A DNA stretch of 64,000 nucleotides from Candidatus Dormiibacterota bacterium (GCA_963757475.1 CAVWRW010000008.1:65529-129528), one strand, 5' to 3'. Positions 41,303-53,949 are shown, counted from the first letter of the stretch. Notes: generated by a model from the sequence alone, not told the origin. Numbers and translations are program-made.

Positions 41303-42043
41303 ATGAGTGCAGTGACGGCGCCGGACGGGACGGCGGAGGAGATCCTGCGCTGGACGTACAAGCGGTTTCGGCGGGTGGCGCTGGTGGCGAGCTTCCAGGC
41401 GGAGTCGCTGGTGCTGATCGATCTGGCGTGCCGGATCACGGCGGAGCCGGAGGTGCTGACCCTGGACACAGGTCGGCTCCACGAGGAGACGCTGGAGTAC
41501 ATCGAGGCGGTGCGGGCGCGCTATCCGATCCGGCTGCGGATCCTGTCCCCGGACGCGGAGGAGCTGGAGACGATGACCGGGGAGCACGGGACGATGCAGT
41601 TCCGGCGCTCGATGGCGCTGCGCAACGAGTGCTGCGCGGTGCGCAAGGTGAACCCGCTGGGGAAGGCGCTGGAGGAGTACGACGCCTGGATCACGGGGCT
41701 GCGCCGGGAGCAGACGCCGACGCGAGCGGGGACGCCGGTGGTGGCGTCGGACCGGGGCCACGGGGACATCACCAAGGTGGTGCCGCTGGCGGGGTGGTCC
41801 CGCGAGGAGGTGTGGGACTACCTGGGGGAGCAGGGGATCGAGGCGCATCCGCTCTACGAGCGGGGCTACACGTCGATCGGCTGCGCGCCGTGCACGCGAG
41901 CGACGGCGCCGGGCGAGAACGAGCGAGCCGGCCGCTGGTGGTGGGAAGGGAACTCGGACAAGGAGTGCCTCCTGCACCCGCCACTCACCGCCGAGGCGGT
42001 GGCAAACCTGCGGGCCGCGCAGGCGCAGAACGCGGGGCGATGA
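41303..42043 (+). CDS. cysH: APS/PAPS reductase ([4Fe-4S] APS-reductase type)
   Basis: LDTGRLHEET, ECCAVRKVNPL, WITGLRREQ, GYTSIGCAPCT, RAGRWWWE, KECLLH. Confidence 0.95.
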   Translation: MSAVTAPDGTAEEILRWTYKRFRRVALVASFQAESLVLIDLACRITAEPEVLTLDTGRLHEETLEYIEAVRARYPIRLRILSPDAEELETMTGEHGTMQFRRSMALRNECCAVRKVNPLGKALEEYDAWITGLRREQTPTRAGTPVVASDRGHGDITKVVPLAGWSREEVWDYLGEQGIEAHPLYERGYTSIGCAPCTRATAPGENERAGRWWWEGNSDKECLLHPPLTAEAVANLRAAQAQNAGR

Positions 42044-43396
42044 CGGACACCGCCCTTCTACCCGGTCGTCCTTGACCTGAGCGGACGGCGTTGCGTCGTG
42101 CTCGGCGATACCGAGATCGCGATCGAGAAGGTTGCGACGTTGCGCGCCATCGGTGCGAGCGTCGACCACATCCCGCGGCCATTTCGCCCGGGAGATCTTG
42201 CGGGGGCGTTCCTCGCCATCGACGCGAGTGGCGAGACGTCGACACACGGCGACGTGCGATCCGAGGCCGACCGCGAACACGTGCTGCTCAACGTCGTGGA
42301 TGTCGCGCAACGCTGCGACTGGATCGCGCCCGCGGTGGTCCGGCGCGGTCCGCTGCAGGTGGCCATCTCCACCTCAGGTGAGAGCCCGTATCTCGCGCGA
42401 GCGTTGCGCGAGCGTATAGAAGGACTCCTCGGCGAGGAGTGGGCGCCGTTCACGAAGTTGGTCGGTCGCACACGGCGGAGGCTCCGTCGCGCAGGTGTCT
42501 CGGGTTCGGTGCAGCAACGCATCTATCAGCGCCTGCTGCACTCGGACACGCTTGCGCTGCTGCGATCCGGGGATGTCGCGGCAGCGTCAGCGACAGCGCT
42601 CGCGATCGAGCACGGCGGCCGCGACGCCGGCGATCGACCGCCGATGGGTGAAGTCGTGCTGGCAGGAGCCGGTCCGGGCGATGCGGACCTGGTCACGACG
42701 GCGACCCGTGCCGTCCTCGCGGATGCCGATGTGGTGCTGCACGACGCGCTGATCGATCCTGACGTCCTCCGCCTCTGCAGCTCGAAAGCTCGGCGCGTCG
42801 ATGTCGGGAAGCGCGGCGGCCGTGGTTCCGTCAGCCAGGCCGCGATCAATGCGTTGATGATCGACGCAGCGCGTGCCGGCCATCTGGTGGTTCGTTTGAA
42901 AGGGGGAGACCCCTTCCTCTTCGGGCGAGGTGGTGAGGAGGTCGAGGCGCTGCGTGCTGCAGGGATTCCGGTGCGCGTCATCCCCGGCGTGAGCGCGGCG
43001 CTCGCGGCGCCCGGTGCGGCGGACATTCCTTTAACGCATCGTGGTGTCGCCGCCTCGGTGGCGATCGTGACCGGTCACCGCGCGGATGGAGCAATCGCCG
43101 ACCTCGAACGTCTCGCCGCGAGTGTCGACACGCTCGTCGTGCTGATGCCGCGGCGGCTCGACGCGATCGCGCAGCGGTTGTCGGGCGTTCTCGGCTCCGA
43201 CACGCCCGCCGCGCTGGTCTCGCGCGCGACAACCGCACAACAGCAGGTCGTTCGGGCACCGCTCGGGCGTATTGCCGCCATCGCCCATGAGGCGCGCATC
43301 GAGGCACCGTCGACGCTCGTGGTCGGCGCCGTCGTGGACGTGCTCGTCGCGACGGCGGCCCCGTCGAGCATTCGCGAAGCGCTCGCCAGACCCTGA
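42040..43396 (+). CDS. cysG: Siroheme synthase (dehydrogenase/ferrochelatase plus uroporphyrinogen-III methyltransferase; frameshift at about 42055)
   Basis: FYPVVLDLSGRRCVVLG, NVVD, AISTSGESP; GAGPGD, RLKGGDPFLFGRGGEE, PGVSA. Confidence 0.92.
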
Positions 43397-43524
43397 CCAT
43401 CCCGGCATCCCTAAGTACGGTGACGGGCAGACGCGCGTTCATGTGGTGGCGCACCGTCTAAGGGCTGGACCCGTTCGCCCTCGCGGGTGGATCCGGCTCC
43501 AGGTTGCGACCCCCCCACCCTCGC

Positions 43525-43572
43525 GGCGGCGTCCCAGCTCGCGCTGCATATCGCAGCGTTCGGGGCGCCGCC
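43525..43572. terminator. Long hairpin between convergent genes
   Basis: GGCGGCGTCCC...CGCTGC-ATATC-GCAGCG...GGGGCGCCGCC. Confidence 0.5.
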
Positions 43573-43587
43573 GTCATCGTGTCCGCG

Positions 43588-45476
43588 CTACTGGTCCTCG
43601 ATCGGTATCCACACATTCATGGATCCCTTCCCGCGATTGCCCCAGAGGAAGTACGGGACGGCGGTGACCTCGATCGTCTGACGGTGGCTCGATACGTCAT
43701 CGAACCGCCGGTAGAGCCCGTGCCAATCCTCGTTTGAGCGCGTGCTGCCGGCGCCGATGACCACCGTCGCTCCGCCGAGGACGTCAGGGCGCCAGACGCT
43801 CCGCAGCGCAGCGTTGGGATCGACGGTGATGGTCGTGTCGATGGCAGCGCCAGGCTGGTCGCACGCCTCGATGCAGTACACGATCGGCCCGCGCACGATG
43901 GCGACCGCCGAGCGCGTTGCTTCGATGAACGGATTGCCGGCCATGAACTGTGCAGGCATCGGCAGAGTCGAGCTCCACGATGTCACCGGTCACCCAGTGA
44001 CGTCTCATGGTCGCGTAGCCGTTGCGACGCTCGGGCTCGATTGCCTCGCCGTTGAGCGACACCGTGGGGTCCTGGCACCACGCGGGGAGCCGGAGCGCCA
44101 GTTCGCATTCGCGTTGCGGTGCGGCACGGACTTCGACGATGACGGTCTCCGTCCACGGGTATCCGGTGCGTATGTCCAACACCATGTCGCCGTGCGTCAG
44201 CGTGCCCGATGCGAACTGGTGCACCTGGATGCCGTGCTCGTCACCTGTTGCGACGTAGTGGGGGAGTGATGCGAGCAGCCGCATCAGATTCGGCGGGCAG
44301 CACGCACAGCCGAACCATGGCTCGCGGGTGCGCTCGCCCCGGCTCGCCAACGGGCTCTCGTAGAAGAAGGACGTCCCGTCAAGCCCGACCCCGCACAGCA
44401 CTGCATTGAAGAGCGTCCATTCGATCTGGTCCGCGTATCGCGACTCGCCGGTTGCCAGCAGCATCCGCCAGCTCCAGAACACGCTCCCGATCGCCGCGCA
44501 CGTCTCGGCATACGCGGTCGCGGCCGGCAGTTCATACTGGATCACCGAAGCTTTCGCTGAATGCTCGCGATCCGAGCGCGCCGGTGATGTACTGCTTGTG
44601 TTCGACCATGTCGTCCCACTGCCGTCGTCGCGGCGGCGAGCAGCGCGTCCTCACCGGTTTCCAGGTAGACGTCGACCACTCCCGCCATCAGGTAAACGGC
44701 GCGGACCGCGTGACCTTCGATGCTCGATGAGTCGCGGATCGGCACGCGGTCCTGGTAGTACGCGGGTTCGTAGAAGCGTCCGTCGCGGATGAGCCCGTGC
44801 CCGCGGTTGTCGAGGAAGAAGCTCGCGAGCTGCAGGTGCGGCGACATTGCCGGTGTGACGGTGACAGCTCGACGAGCGCGCTCTCGATCTCGGGATGCCC
44901 GGGTACATCGACGCGACGGCCGTCGCCGAAAACGGCGTTCGCGCAACTCACCGCACGCTCAGCGACGCTGCAGCAGCCGGTCGTCGCCGGTCGTCGCGCG
45001 ACATCGCGATGCCTGCCTGCACCAGGTGGCCGATGCAGTACAGCTCGTGGCCGTGCGCGAGGTCTCCCCAACGCGCGGGCGGGTCGGTCGACCTGGACGT
45101 AGCGAGTTGATGTAGCCGTCGGCCGTCTGCGCCGCCGCCACGATCGTGATGACATCGATCGACGCGTTGGCGCAGCGGCGCGTCGGGTGAGCATCCCAGC
45201 TCCCATGCGGCGGCCTCGAGCCACTTGTAGACGTCGGAGTCCATGAACACCGGCCCGCGGAACGTTCCGTGGCCTTCGGCTGCGTTGCGAAGGTTGTCGA
45301 GGTTGCCGGAGCTCTCGAGCATCGCGAACCCGTGTGCGATGCGATAGCTCACTGTTCAGGCGCCGGCGGTCCGACCAGAATCCCTCACCGAGGTCAAACG
45401 CTGCCATCGGCAGCGGCCTGAGCACCGCGTGCGTGCCGGGCGAGACGTCGACGACACCGGGCCGCGTTTCGCCCAT
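43588..45476 (-). CDS. Glycoside hydrolase family 127 (beta-L-arabinofuranosidase-like; multiple frameshifts)
   Basis: FMDSDVYKWLEA, HELYCIGHL, GHPEIE, EGHAVRAVY, YAETCAAIG, WFGCACCPPN, RGPIVYC, VPYFLWGNRG. Confidence 0.9.
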
Positions 45477-46957
45477 TCAGATCGGTGCGTCGGGCAGGTC
45501 GGGGCCGACGATCCGGGTGCCGGTGAAGAAACGGAGCAGCTCCGCATTGCCGTGCCCACCGATGCCGCTACCGATCCAGAAGCTCTGTGTCGATGACGGG
45601 CTCAGATCGAGCACGCTCGTGCCGTTGATCTTCACCTCGCCCGCGTTCATCTGGCTGCCCGATCTCCACGCCGGCGTCGACATCCGCGCTGAACACGTAG
45701 GCGGCAAGCCCGCCGCGCAGGCGATTGGCCAGAGCGAGTGCACGCGCGTCGTCGGGGACCGCGTGCAGCACGAGGACCGGACCGAAGATCTCGTCGAGGG
45801 TGTCGGCGGGATCGGCACCGGTGATCACAGTCGGGGAGCGGAAGCAGCCCGCCGGACGCGCGGTCGTCGAAGACCGAATGAACGGTGGCTCCCCGGCTGT
45901 CGAGTCGTTGGATGGCATCGTCCACCGACTGCGCCTGGGCGGGTTCGCCTGTGGGCCGAAGGTGGTCGCGATGTCGAGACACGATCCGGGCCGCAGCGCT
46001 TCGAGATGGTCGCAGCAGCGCGGTGACCAGGCCGATCGTGCAGCGACTCTGCGACGAACACGGTCCCGGGGCGTTCGCACCACTGGCCGTTGAGCTTCGT
46101 GAAACCGTGGACGAGGGAAGCGCGCAGCTCGCATCGACGTCGGCGTCGGCTCGCACGATGGCGGGGTTGTTGCTGCCGCATTCGAGCTGCAGCGCTTTCA
46201 GGTCATCCGAAGCGGCGCTCGCAACAGCGCCGCCCGCCGCTGCGGCTCCCGGTAAACGCCAGGCAGCGGACGCGATCGTCTGATGCAAGTCGGGTGCCGA
46301 CGACTGCATCGCCGTGGAGCAGCTGGAAGAGCGCTACGGGTGCACCGTGCTCCGTGAGCGTCTCCGCGAATCGCGGTCGCGAGCAGGTTCGCTGCGTGCG
46401 GCGCGTGGGGAGACGGTTTGAGGAGCACCGGACATCCTGCGGCCAGTGCGTACGCCGTCTTCTTGACCGCGGTGAATGCGGGCGCGTTGAACGGCATCAG
46501 TACTGCCGCCGGGCCCCATGGCACGCGCAGGAGGTGCGCATCGCCACCGGGCGAAGGCAGCAGGTGCTCGCGCAAGCTGTGCCTGGGCGTGCGAGACCGC
46601 GTCGCGAACGATGTCAGGAAGCGCGCTCGCGAACATCGTTGTGACGCCGATCGGTACGCCACTGTCGATGGCGTCCGCAAACGCGAATTCCTCCGTAAGC
46701 GTTTCGAGACGATGGGCGAGCGCGTGGAGCAGCACTGCGCGGTCCTCGATGGATCGGTCCGGCCCAGCCGCCGCTCCGCATGATCGCGCGCCGCGGCCGC
46801 GATGGCGCGGTCGACCGTCTCCATCGTGGACGTCGCCGAGCGCGCAACCTCGGCACCCGTGTCGGGATGCACCAGCGCGCCACCGTCGAGCGGCGGGTCG
46901 ATCCACGACACCGTCGACGAAGTCGCGCTGCTGCGGGAGTACCAGCGTGCCGCTCAA
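45477..46957 (-). CDS. Aldehyde dehydrogenase (multiple frameshifts)
   Basis: PFNAP, ALAAGCPVLLKPS, LECGSNNP, LNGQWC, EIFGPV, GLAAYVFS. Confidence 0.85.
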
Positions 46958-46958
46958 G

Positions 46959-48320
46959 TCAGATGCTGTCCAGGTACCGCTCTCGCTCCCAGTCGGTCAC
47001 CGAACGCATGAACGTGTGCCACTCGTACTCGGCGAGCGCGTGATAGTGCTTGAGCACGTCGGCGCCGAAAGCAGTGGCCGCGAACTCGCTGCGGAGAAAT
47101 GACTCACGCCGCGGCAAGCAGAGTGGATGGCAGGCTGGTGTCGCCGCTCGCGTACGCGTCGCCGGCACTCGGCGGCCCGGGATCGAGCATGCGTCTCGAC
47201 GCCGTCGACGACGGACGCGAGCACCCCGGCCAGCGCGAGGTATGGGTTGACATCGGCACCTGGAAGGCGGAACTCGAATCGCGTCGCCGACGGCGCGCCG
47301 CCGCTGAGCACGCGCGTGCTCACCGTGCGATTGTCGAAGCCCCAGGTGAGGCCGTTGCCCGCGAAGTCCTGGCTGCCGGTGCGGCGGTAGGAGTTGATGC
47401 TCGGCGCATACCAGCACATCAACTCCGCCGCGTGCGCCAGCACAGCCACCGACGGCATGACGCAGCACGTCACTGACGCCGCGCTCGTCACCCGCGTCAT
47501 GGAAGACCGGTGCGCCCTTGTCGTCGCGCAGCGAAGTGTGGATGTGACACGAGGACCCGAGGTCGTCGGTCATCGGACGCGGCATGAACGTGGCGGTGTA
47601 GCCGTGCTGCGTCGCGTAGTCCTTCACCGCCTGCTTGAAGAGGACGTGGCGGTCGGCCATCTCCAGACGCGTCGGCATACTCGAGGTTGATCTCCCACTG
47701 GCCAAGCCCGTACTCGACCTGCGCGACGTCGACGGGCACGCCGCTCGCGTCGAGTGCACGCCGCAGGCCGCGGAAGAACGGCTCCATCGCGTTGCCTTCG
47801 GTGATGTTGTAGTCGGCGTGCACGTCGGTGGTCGGCGTCATGGCCCGATAGCCGGCGGCGCGCAACTCGCTCGGTGTCCCGCGATACAGATAGAACTCGA
47901 GTTCCGTGGCGGTGTAGGCTTGCAGCTCGCGCCGGCGAGCGCGTCGATCTGCCGCCGCAGGATCGTGCGCGGAGCAACTGCAAGCGGCGAGCCGTCGTGC
48001 TCGTCGACGCAGTCGGCCAGGCAGATCGCCGTGTTCTCGAGCCACGCAGCGGGCCCAAGCGTGCTCAGGTCCGGGACCAACGCGAAGTCGTGCCAACCCG
48101 TGTGTGCGCCCGCGAAATCGACGTGCAGCCCTTCGAGCGCCTGCGCCATGTCCCACGCGTAGACACAGGTGCAGATGTGCAGGCCCTCGTCGAGCTTGGT
48201 GGCAAAGACGCGCGGGCTCATCCGTTTGCCGAACATCCGGCCCTGGATGTCGGTGCCCGCGATGATCACCGTGTCGATGCCGAGGCGATCGAGATCCCCG
48301 ACCTCGAGCCGGTCCGTCAC
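46959..48320 (-). CDS. Glutamine synthetase-like gamma-glutamyl ligase (PuuA/GlnA-like; frameshifts)
   Basis: [83 protein letters not shown]. Confidence 0.9.
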
Positions 48321-49110
48321 CGTGCCAGCCATCCGCCGTCGACCACCAGCTGGGTGCCGGTGATGAACGACGCATCGTCGGAGAGCAGGAACGACACTGC
48401 GGCGGCGATATCCTCCGGCTGGCCCATCCGTTTGACGAGCAGCCGGTCGAGCACGATCTGCGGAGTCTCGAAATGCTCGGGATCGACACCCGGGAATGAA
48501 GTCCGTCAGCACCGGTCCCGGCGCGACCGCGTTGACGCGGGTTCCCTGGCCGGCGAGCTCGACCGCGCATGCCTTGGTCAGCATCTTCACGCCGCCCTTG
48601 CTGGCGTTGTAATGCGGCTGCGCAAACCCACTTGACGGAGACGACGACCTCCGCCTCGACGGTGGAGAGGTTGACGATGGCGCTCGGTGAACTGCTGTGG
48701 CCAGCAGCGGCCGGCGTCCTGGGTGACGACGAACTGTCCCTTGAGGTTCACGTCGATCGACGAGATTCCACTCCTCGTCGGTGACGTTAGGCGAGTGAGC
48801 TCATCGTGACGATGACCCGCGTTGTTGACGACGTAGTGGAGACCACCCCAGCGCGCCACGGTCTGCTCCAACGCAGTGGTGAACGCGCCACGGTCGCGCA
48901 CGTCGACCTCGAATGCATCGCCGCACCGCCACCCGGTCGGTGATGCTGTCCGCGGCCGTAACCCGGGCGCGCTCCGAGGTCGGACATCGGTGCATGCCAC
49001 TGCGCAACCTTCTCTCGCAAGTCGTCGAGCGATCGCCCGGCCGATGCCCGAACCCGCGCCGGTGACGAACGCGAAGCGGCCGGCGTGAGCGTGGGTGCGA
49101 TCGTCAGCGT
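48317..49110 (-). CDS. SDR family oxidoreductase (frameshifts; start uncertain)
   Basis: [43 protein letters not shown]. Confidence 0.85.
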
Positions 49111-50093
49111 GAGGCGCCGCGTACTGGCGCTGGCTCCTTCGCGGTCGACGTCCTGATGAAGTCGATGAGCCCACGGAAGTACGTCTGCCTGGTCGTCGTA
49201 CATGTACATGTGGCCACCCTTCGGGCAGAGGAGGAAGCGCCCATCCGGGAACGGGTGCGGGCCATCTCCTCCATGTACGCCGGATCCATGGTGTCGTAGG
49301 TGCCGCCGATCGACGAGCGTCGGCACCATCGATGTCCATCAGCGAGTCGGTCCGGTCCCAGTTGGCGACGACACCACTGGCGCCGAGCTCGCTCGGGCCT
49401 TGCATCGGAACGTAGATCTGACCGGTTCAGGTGGCCGAATCCGCGGTTCACCGGATCCGGCCACTCGCGCGGTCGGCATGCGGCAGACATGCTGCTCGTA
49501 GTGGTCGGTCGAGCAGGCCATGTACTCCGGCGACTCGGTGTCGCCGCTTGCCTCCAGTGCCTGGATCTTCGCGAGGACGTCCTGATCCATCGCCGGCATG
49601 AGCACGTTGCGCGCGTATTCGTTGTATGCCGGGAATGCTGGCCATCATGTTCGAGATGACCATTCCCTTGATATGCGCTGGTACTTCAGTGCGTACTCGA
49701 TGGCGAGCAGCCCGCCCCAGGAGTGTCCCAGGAGGAAAAAGTTGCTCGAATCCAGCCTCAGGGCGACCCGCACCTGTTCGACTTCTTCCACAAAACGGTC
49801 GATCTGCCACAGCTCCGGCTCGTCGGGCTGATCGCTGAAGAAGGAGCCGAGCTGGTCGTAGTAGTAGTACTCGATGCCCGCGCCGGGAAGAAAGCTGTCG
49901 CAGGCTTCGAAGTACTCATGGTCGCAGCCCGGGCCCCCGTGCAGCAGCAGCAACTTCACCCGGTCGGGTTGTTCCCGACACGCTTCGTCCAGACCCGGAA
50001 CTCACCTTTGGGCGTGGTGATCGGGATCATCCTCGCGCCGCCACCGAGGACGTCGTCGCGGCCGGTGTTGTCGAAATATGCCTCGGCGTTCAT
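49104..50093 (-). CDS. Proline iminopeptidase / L-amino acid amidase family alpha/beta hydrolase (frameshifts)
   Basis: LLLHGGPG, YDQLGS, GHSWGG, MQGPSE, YDTMDP, CPKGGHM; AGGAG RBS. Confidence 0.88.
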
Positions 50094-50326
50094 CGGCACT
50101 CCTGCGGACCGATTCTCGGCGTGGGCTCGTCACAACAGGGTAGCCATGGGACCGATGTGGTCGCAATCGGCCGTGAAAACAAAACCCTTGGCAAGCGCTG
50201 GGGGAAGACCGCATACTGCGGGCTGCCGGCGGCGTCCGGGAAAGTCCACATACGCACGGCTGTCGCACACCCACCGACCGACCCGTTGTTCGTTCTTCCG
50301 GTTACGGCTGCAGGGGAGTACTTGGA

Positions 50327-51837
50327 ATGATCACTGCTGATCCCGGTCACGCACTCGCTCGCGATGCGGTGACGACCCGAGGGGTCCTCTTCCAGTCGGT
50401 GACCACGATGGGCCCCGGCGTTGGGTTGGCCTTCTCCATCGGGGTCGGCGCCGGATTCGCCGGGGGCGGCCTGACGTTTCGGTCATCATCGCGCTGATCG
50501 CCTGCCTGCTGGTTGCCTTCAGCATCGGCCAGCTGGCGCAGCACCTCCCATCGGCGGCCGGGCCCGCGGCCTACGCGGCGCGCGGGCTGCACCCGATCGT
50601 CGGCGCCATTGTCGCCTGGGGATACAGCTTCACGTACCTCCTCGCGCTGCCGTTCCTGGCGCTGCTGATGGGCTTCTTCCCCGCCGGCATTCTGGTGTCG
50701 CAGTTTCGGCTGGGACTTCGGTGTGAGCTGGGTCGCGTGCGCCATGCTCGGCCTGGCGATCAGCTTCGTGATCAACTACGGCGGCATCAAGGAGAACACT
50801 CGCGTCGGCGTTGTGCTCGGCGCCTTCGAGATCGCCGCCTTCACCGCCCTCGCGCTGACGCTGATCATCGCCGGGCAACACAACGGCGTTGACAACCTCA
50901 CCACCAAGTACGCCAACGTGCCGGGGTTCGTCGGTGTCTCCGGTGTGTTCGCCGGCGCGGTCTACGCAATCCTGGCGTTCATCGGCTTCGACGCCGCCGC
51001 GCCGTTGGGTGAGGAGGCGAAGAATCCGAAGCGAGCGGTGAAGTTCGCTGTCATCGGCTCCTGCCTCATGGTGGGCATCTACTACTTGTTCGCGATGTAC
51101 GGCGCCGAGGCCTATCTCGGACCGCAGGGTTTCGCGAGCTTCAACACACTGGGCGGCGGCGATCCCTGGATCCAGCTCGCCAAGGACGTCTGGGGCATCG
51201 GCTGGCTCGTCATCCTGCTCGCACTGCTCAACAGCGCAGTGGCGAACACCAACGGCATCGCCAACGCCTCGACGCGAGTGTTCTGGGCATTGGGACGGGC
51301 ACGCATCCTCCCCAAAGCTCTGTCGGACACGCATCCGCGGCTCGGCACGCCGCGAGTGGCGACGATCGGCATCTTCGGCGCTCGCCGCGATTCTGACCCT
51401 CTGGCTCGGAGAGGCGTACACGCCGTCAGGTCGCCTACGGACTGCTCGGCACCATGGTCGTCGGCCTGGTGATTCCGATCTACATGATCTTGAACATCGC
51501 GAGCTTCGGCTACTACTGGCGCTTCGCGCGCACCGAGTTCAACTGGCTGAAGCACGTGCATCATCCCGATGCTCGGCGTGCTCGCGTTCGTCTTCCCGTT
51601 CCTCGCAGGTACTGGGGTTGGCGGTGGTCTCGTTCATCGCGCCGCTCGACACCCCCGATCAGCTATGCGGGGCCGGTCGTGATCGCGCTCTACGTCATCG
51701 GGCTCATCGTCGTCATCTACCACTGGCAGGCGCACCCCGAGCGGGTCATCGCGATGGGCAAGACGCTCGGCGACGACGGGACAATCGGTGGCGAGGCGAA
51801 CACCGCCGGTGGCGATTCCGGTGTGGTCGCCGGCTGA
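50327..51837 (+). CDS. APC-family amino acid/polyamine permease (multiple frameshifts; start uncertain)
   Basis: QSVTTMGPG, LAQHLPSA, AFIGFDAAAPLGEEAKNPKR, TRVFWALGR...LP...HPRLGTP. Confidence 0.85.
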
Positions 51838-51838
51838 G

Positions 51839-52610
51839 GTGGGCCGGCTCGACGGCAAGGTCGCCGTCGTGACGGGCGCCGGGAGCGGCATCGGCCGGGG
51901 TATCGCCTCGGTGTTTGCCGCCGAGGGCGCGCACGTGCTCGCTGCGGACCGCGACGCGCAAGGTCTCGAGGAGACTGCGCGGCGCGTCAGGCGGCGTCGG
52001 CGGTTAACGCTGCAGACGGTGGTCGCGGACGTATCGGACGAAGCGCAGGTGCAAGGTCTTGTGGATCGCGCTGAGGCGACCTGGGGCAAGCTCACGACAT
52101 GGTGCTCGAACGCGGGCATCTCGATGGCCGGAACGCTCGAGGAGACGACGGTCGCCGACCTCGAACGTATCTTCGCGGTGAATGTGCGCGGCCCATTCCT
52201 CGGGGCCAAATGCGCGATCCCCGCGATGCGACGCGCGGGCGGCGGCAGCATCATCAACACCGGCTCGGTAAACAGCTTTCTCGCGGAGCACGCGCTGTGC
52301 GCATACACGACCAGCAAGGGTGCGGTGCTGATGCTCACCAAGAGCATCGCGCTCGACTACGCGGCCGAGGGCATCCGCTGCAACTGCCTCTGCCCCGGCT
52401 TCGTCGACACGCCGATCAACGTGCCGCACTACAACCGCCTCGGCGGGATCGACAAGATTCGCGCCTCACTGCCGGAGTGGATTCCCGCCGGCCGCGGGCG
52501 GCGAGCCGGAAGAGATGGCATACATGGCGGTGTTTCTCGCCAGCGACGACAGCCGCTACGTCACGGGCACCGCGATGGTGGTCGACGGCGGCTTGAGCGC
52601 CGGCGCATGA
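51839..52610 (+). CDS. SDR family oxidoreductase (frameshift at about 52500)
   Basis: [44 protein letters not shown]. Confidence 0.9.
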
Positions 52611-53429
52611 GCAAGGAGATTTCTGACGGAGCAACAAGCTGTCAAGCGGGGTGACGCTGCACGTCGTCGACGAGGGCGACGGACCGCCCATCGTCTTCGT
52701 GCACGGCGTGATGATGAGCGGCCGGTTCTTCGAGCACTCAGGTCAGCGGGATGCGCGGCGCTCATCGAGTGGTCGTCCCGGACCTGCGCGGTCACGGGCA
52801 GTCGGAGAAGGTGCTCTCCGGGCATACGGTGGCGAACTATGCGCAGGACCTGCGACTGCTCTTCGCCGAGTGCTCCGTCGAGCGACCGCTACTGGTCGGA
52901 TGGTCGATGGGCGCGATGGTCGTGTACGAGTATCTGAAGGCGTTCGGGTCGGACTCCGTCGCTGGGGTGATGATCGTCGACCAGCCGCCGTCGGACTTCG
53001 CATGGGAGGGATATCCATTCGGAGTCCTCACCGTCGAGGCGCTCGCCGAGATGGTCGAGGGATTGCAGCTCGACCAGCGAGCGGTTGCAGAGGAGTTCGC
53101 CGGACTCATGCAGCACGATCCCAAGCCGGAGACGAGCGCCTGGATGGTGGAGGAGATCATGCGGGTGCCGTCAGCAGTGGCCTCGACGATTCTCGTCAAC
53201 CAGACGCTGCGTGACTACCGCCCGTTTCTGCCCGAGATCTCGTGCCCTGCGCTGGTCGCGTTCGGCAAGGATCCGAAGCTCACGCCACCCGAGGCGGGGG
53301 AGTACATCGCGAGCCAGATTCCGGGCGCGCGCTTCGAACTGTTCGAGCACTCGAGCCACGTGCCGTTCATCGAGGAGACGGAGCGTTTCAACGCGATGGT
53401 CGACGGAGTTCGCGGCTGGAATATCCTGA
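52607..53429 (+). CDS. Alpha/beta hydrolase (non-heme haloperoxidase-like; frameshifts)
   Basis: [28 protein letters not shown]. Confidence 0.85.
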
Positions 53430-53436
53430 CGGCGCG

Positions 53437-53949
53437 ATGGCCGACGAAGCACGTCCCGCAACTCGAACGCTCAGCGAGTTGGACTTCGCAGTGCCGATCG
53501 ACGACCGCTACTTCGAGGACTACACGCCGGGCGCGGTGTACGAGTACGGGTATGCGACCGTCACCGAGGATGAGATCCGCGAGTTCGCGGAGCGCTTCGA
53601 TCCGCAACGTATGCACACCGACCCTCAGTACGCGGCGACGGGTCCGTTCGGCGGCCTCATCGCGAGTGGCTGGCACACCGCGGGCATCATGATGCGGCTG
53701 TTTGCTGACCACTATCTTTCAACGGTCGCGGGGCTCGCATCGCCGGGGATCGACGAGCTGCGCTGGCCGAATCCGCTCCGGCCGGGTGACCGGCTGTTCC
53801 TGCGTACCGAAATCGTCGAGACACGTCCATCTCGATCGAAGCCCGACCGCGGTCTCGTGCACACCCGGGCCGAGCTCATCAACCAGGACGACCTCGTCGC
53901 CATTCGGCTATTGGCCATCAGCATTCTCGCGAGGCGCTCGCGGGGCTGA
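53437..53949 (+). CDS. MaoC family dehydratase
   Basis: YFEDY, FDPQRMHTD, FGGLIASGWHT, LRWPNPLRPGD. Confidence 0.9.
   Translation: MADEARPATRTLSELDFAVPIDDRYFEDYTPGAVYEYGYATVTEDEIREFAERFDPQRMHTDPQYAATGPFGGLIASGWHTAGIMMRLFADHYLSTVAGLASPGIDELRWPNPLRPGDRLFLRTEIVETRPSRSKPDRGLVHTRAELINQDDLVAIRLLAISILARRSRG

Noticed and set aside
46959-48320. Housekeeping glutamine synthetase glnA
   Set aside because: The catabolic context (ALDH, SDR, permease) and the PuuA-like N-terminus favour a gamma-glutamyl ligase, so no gene symbol was assigned.
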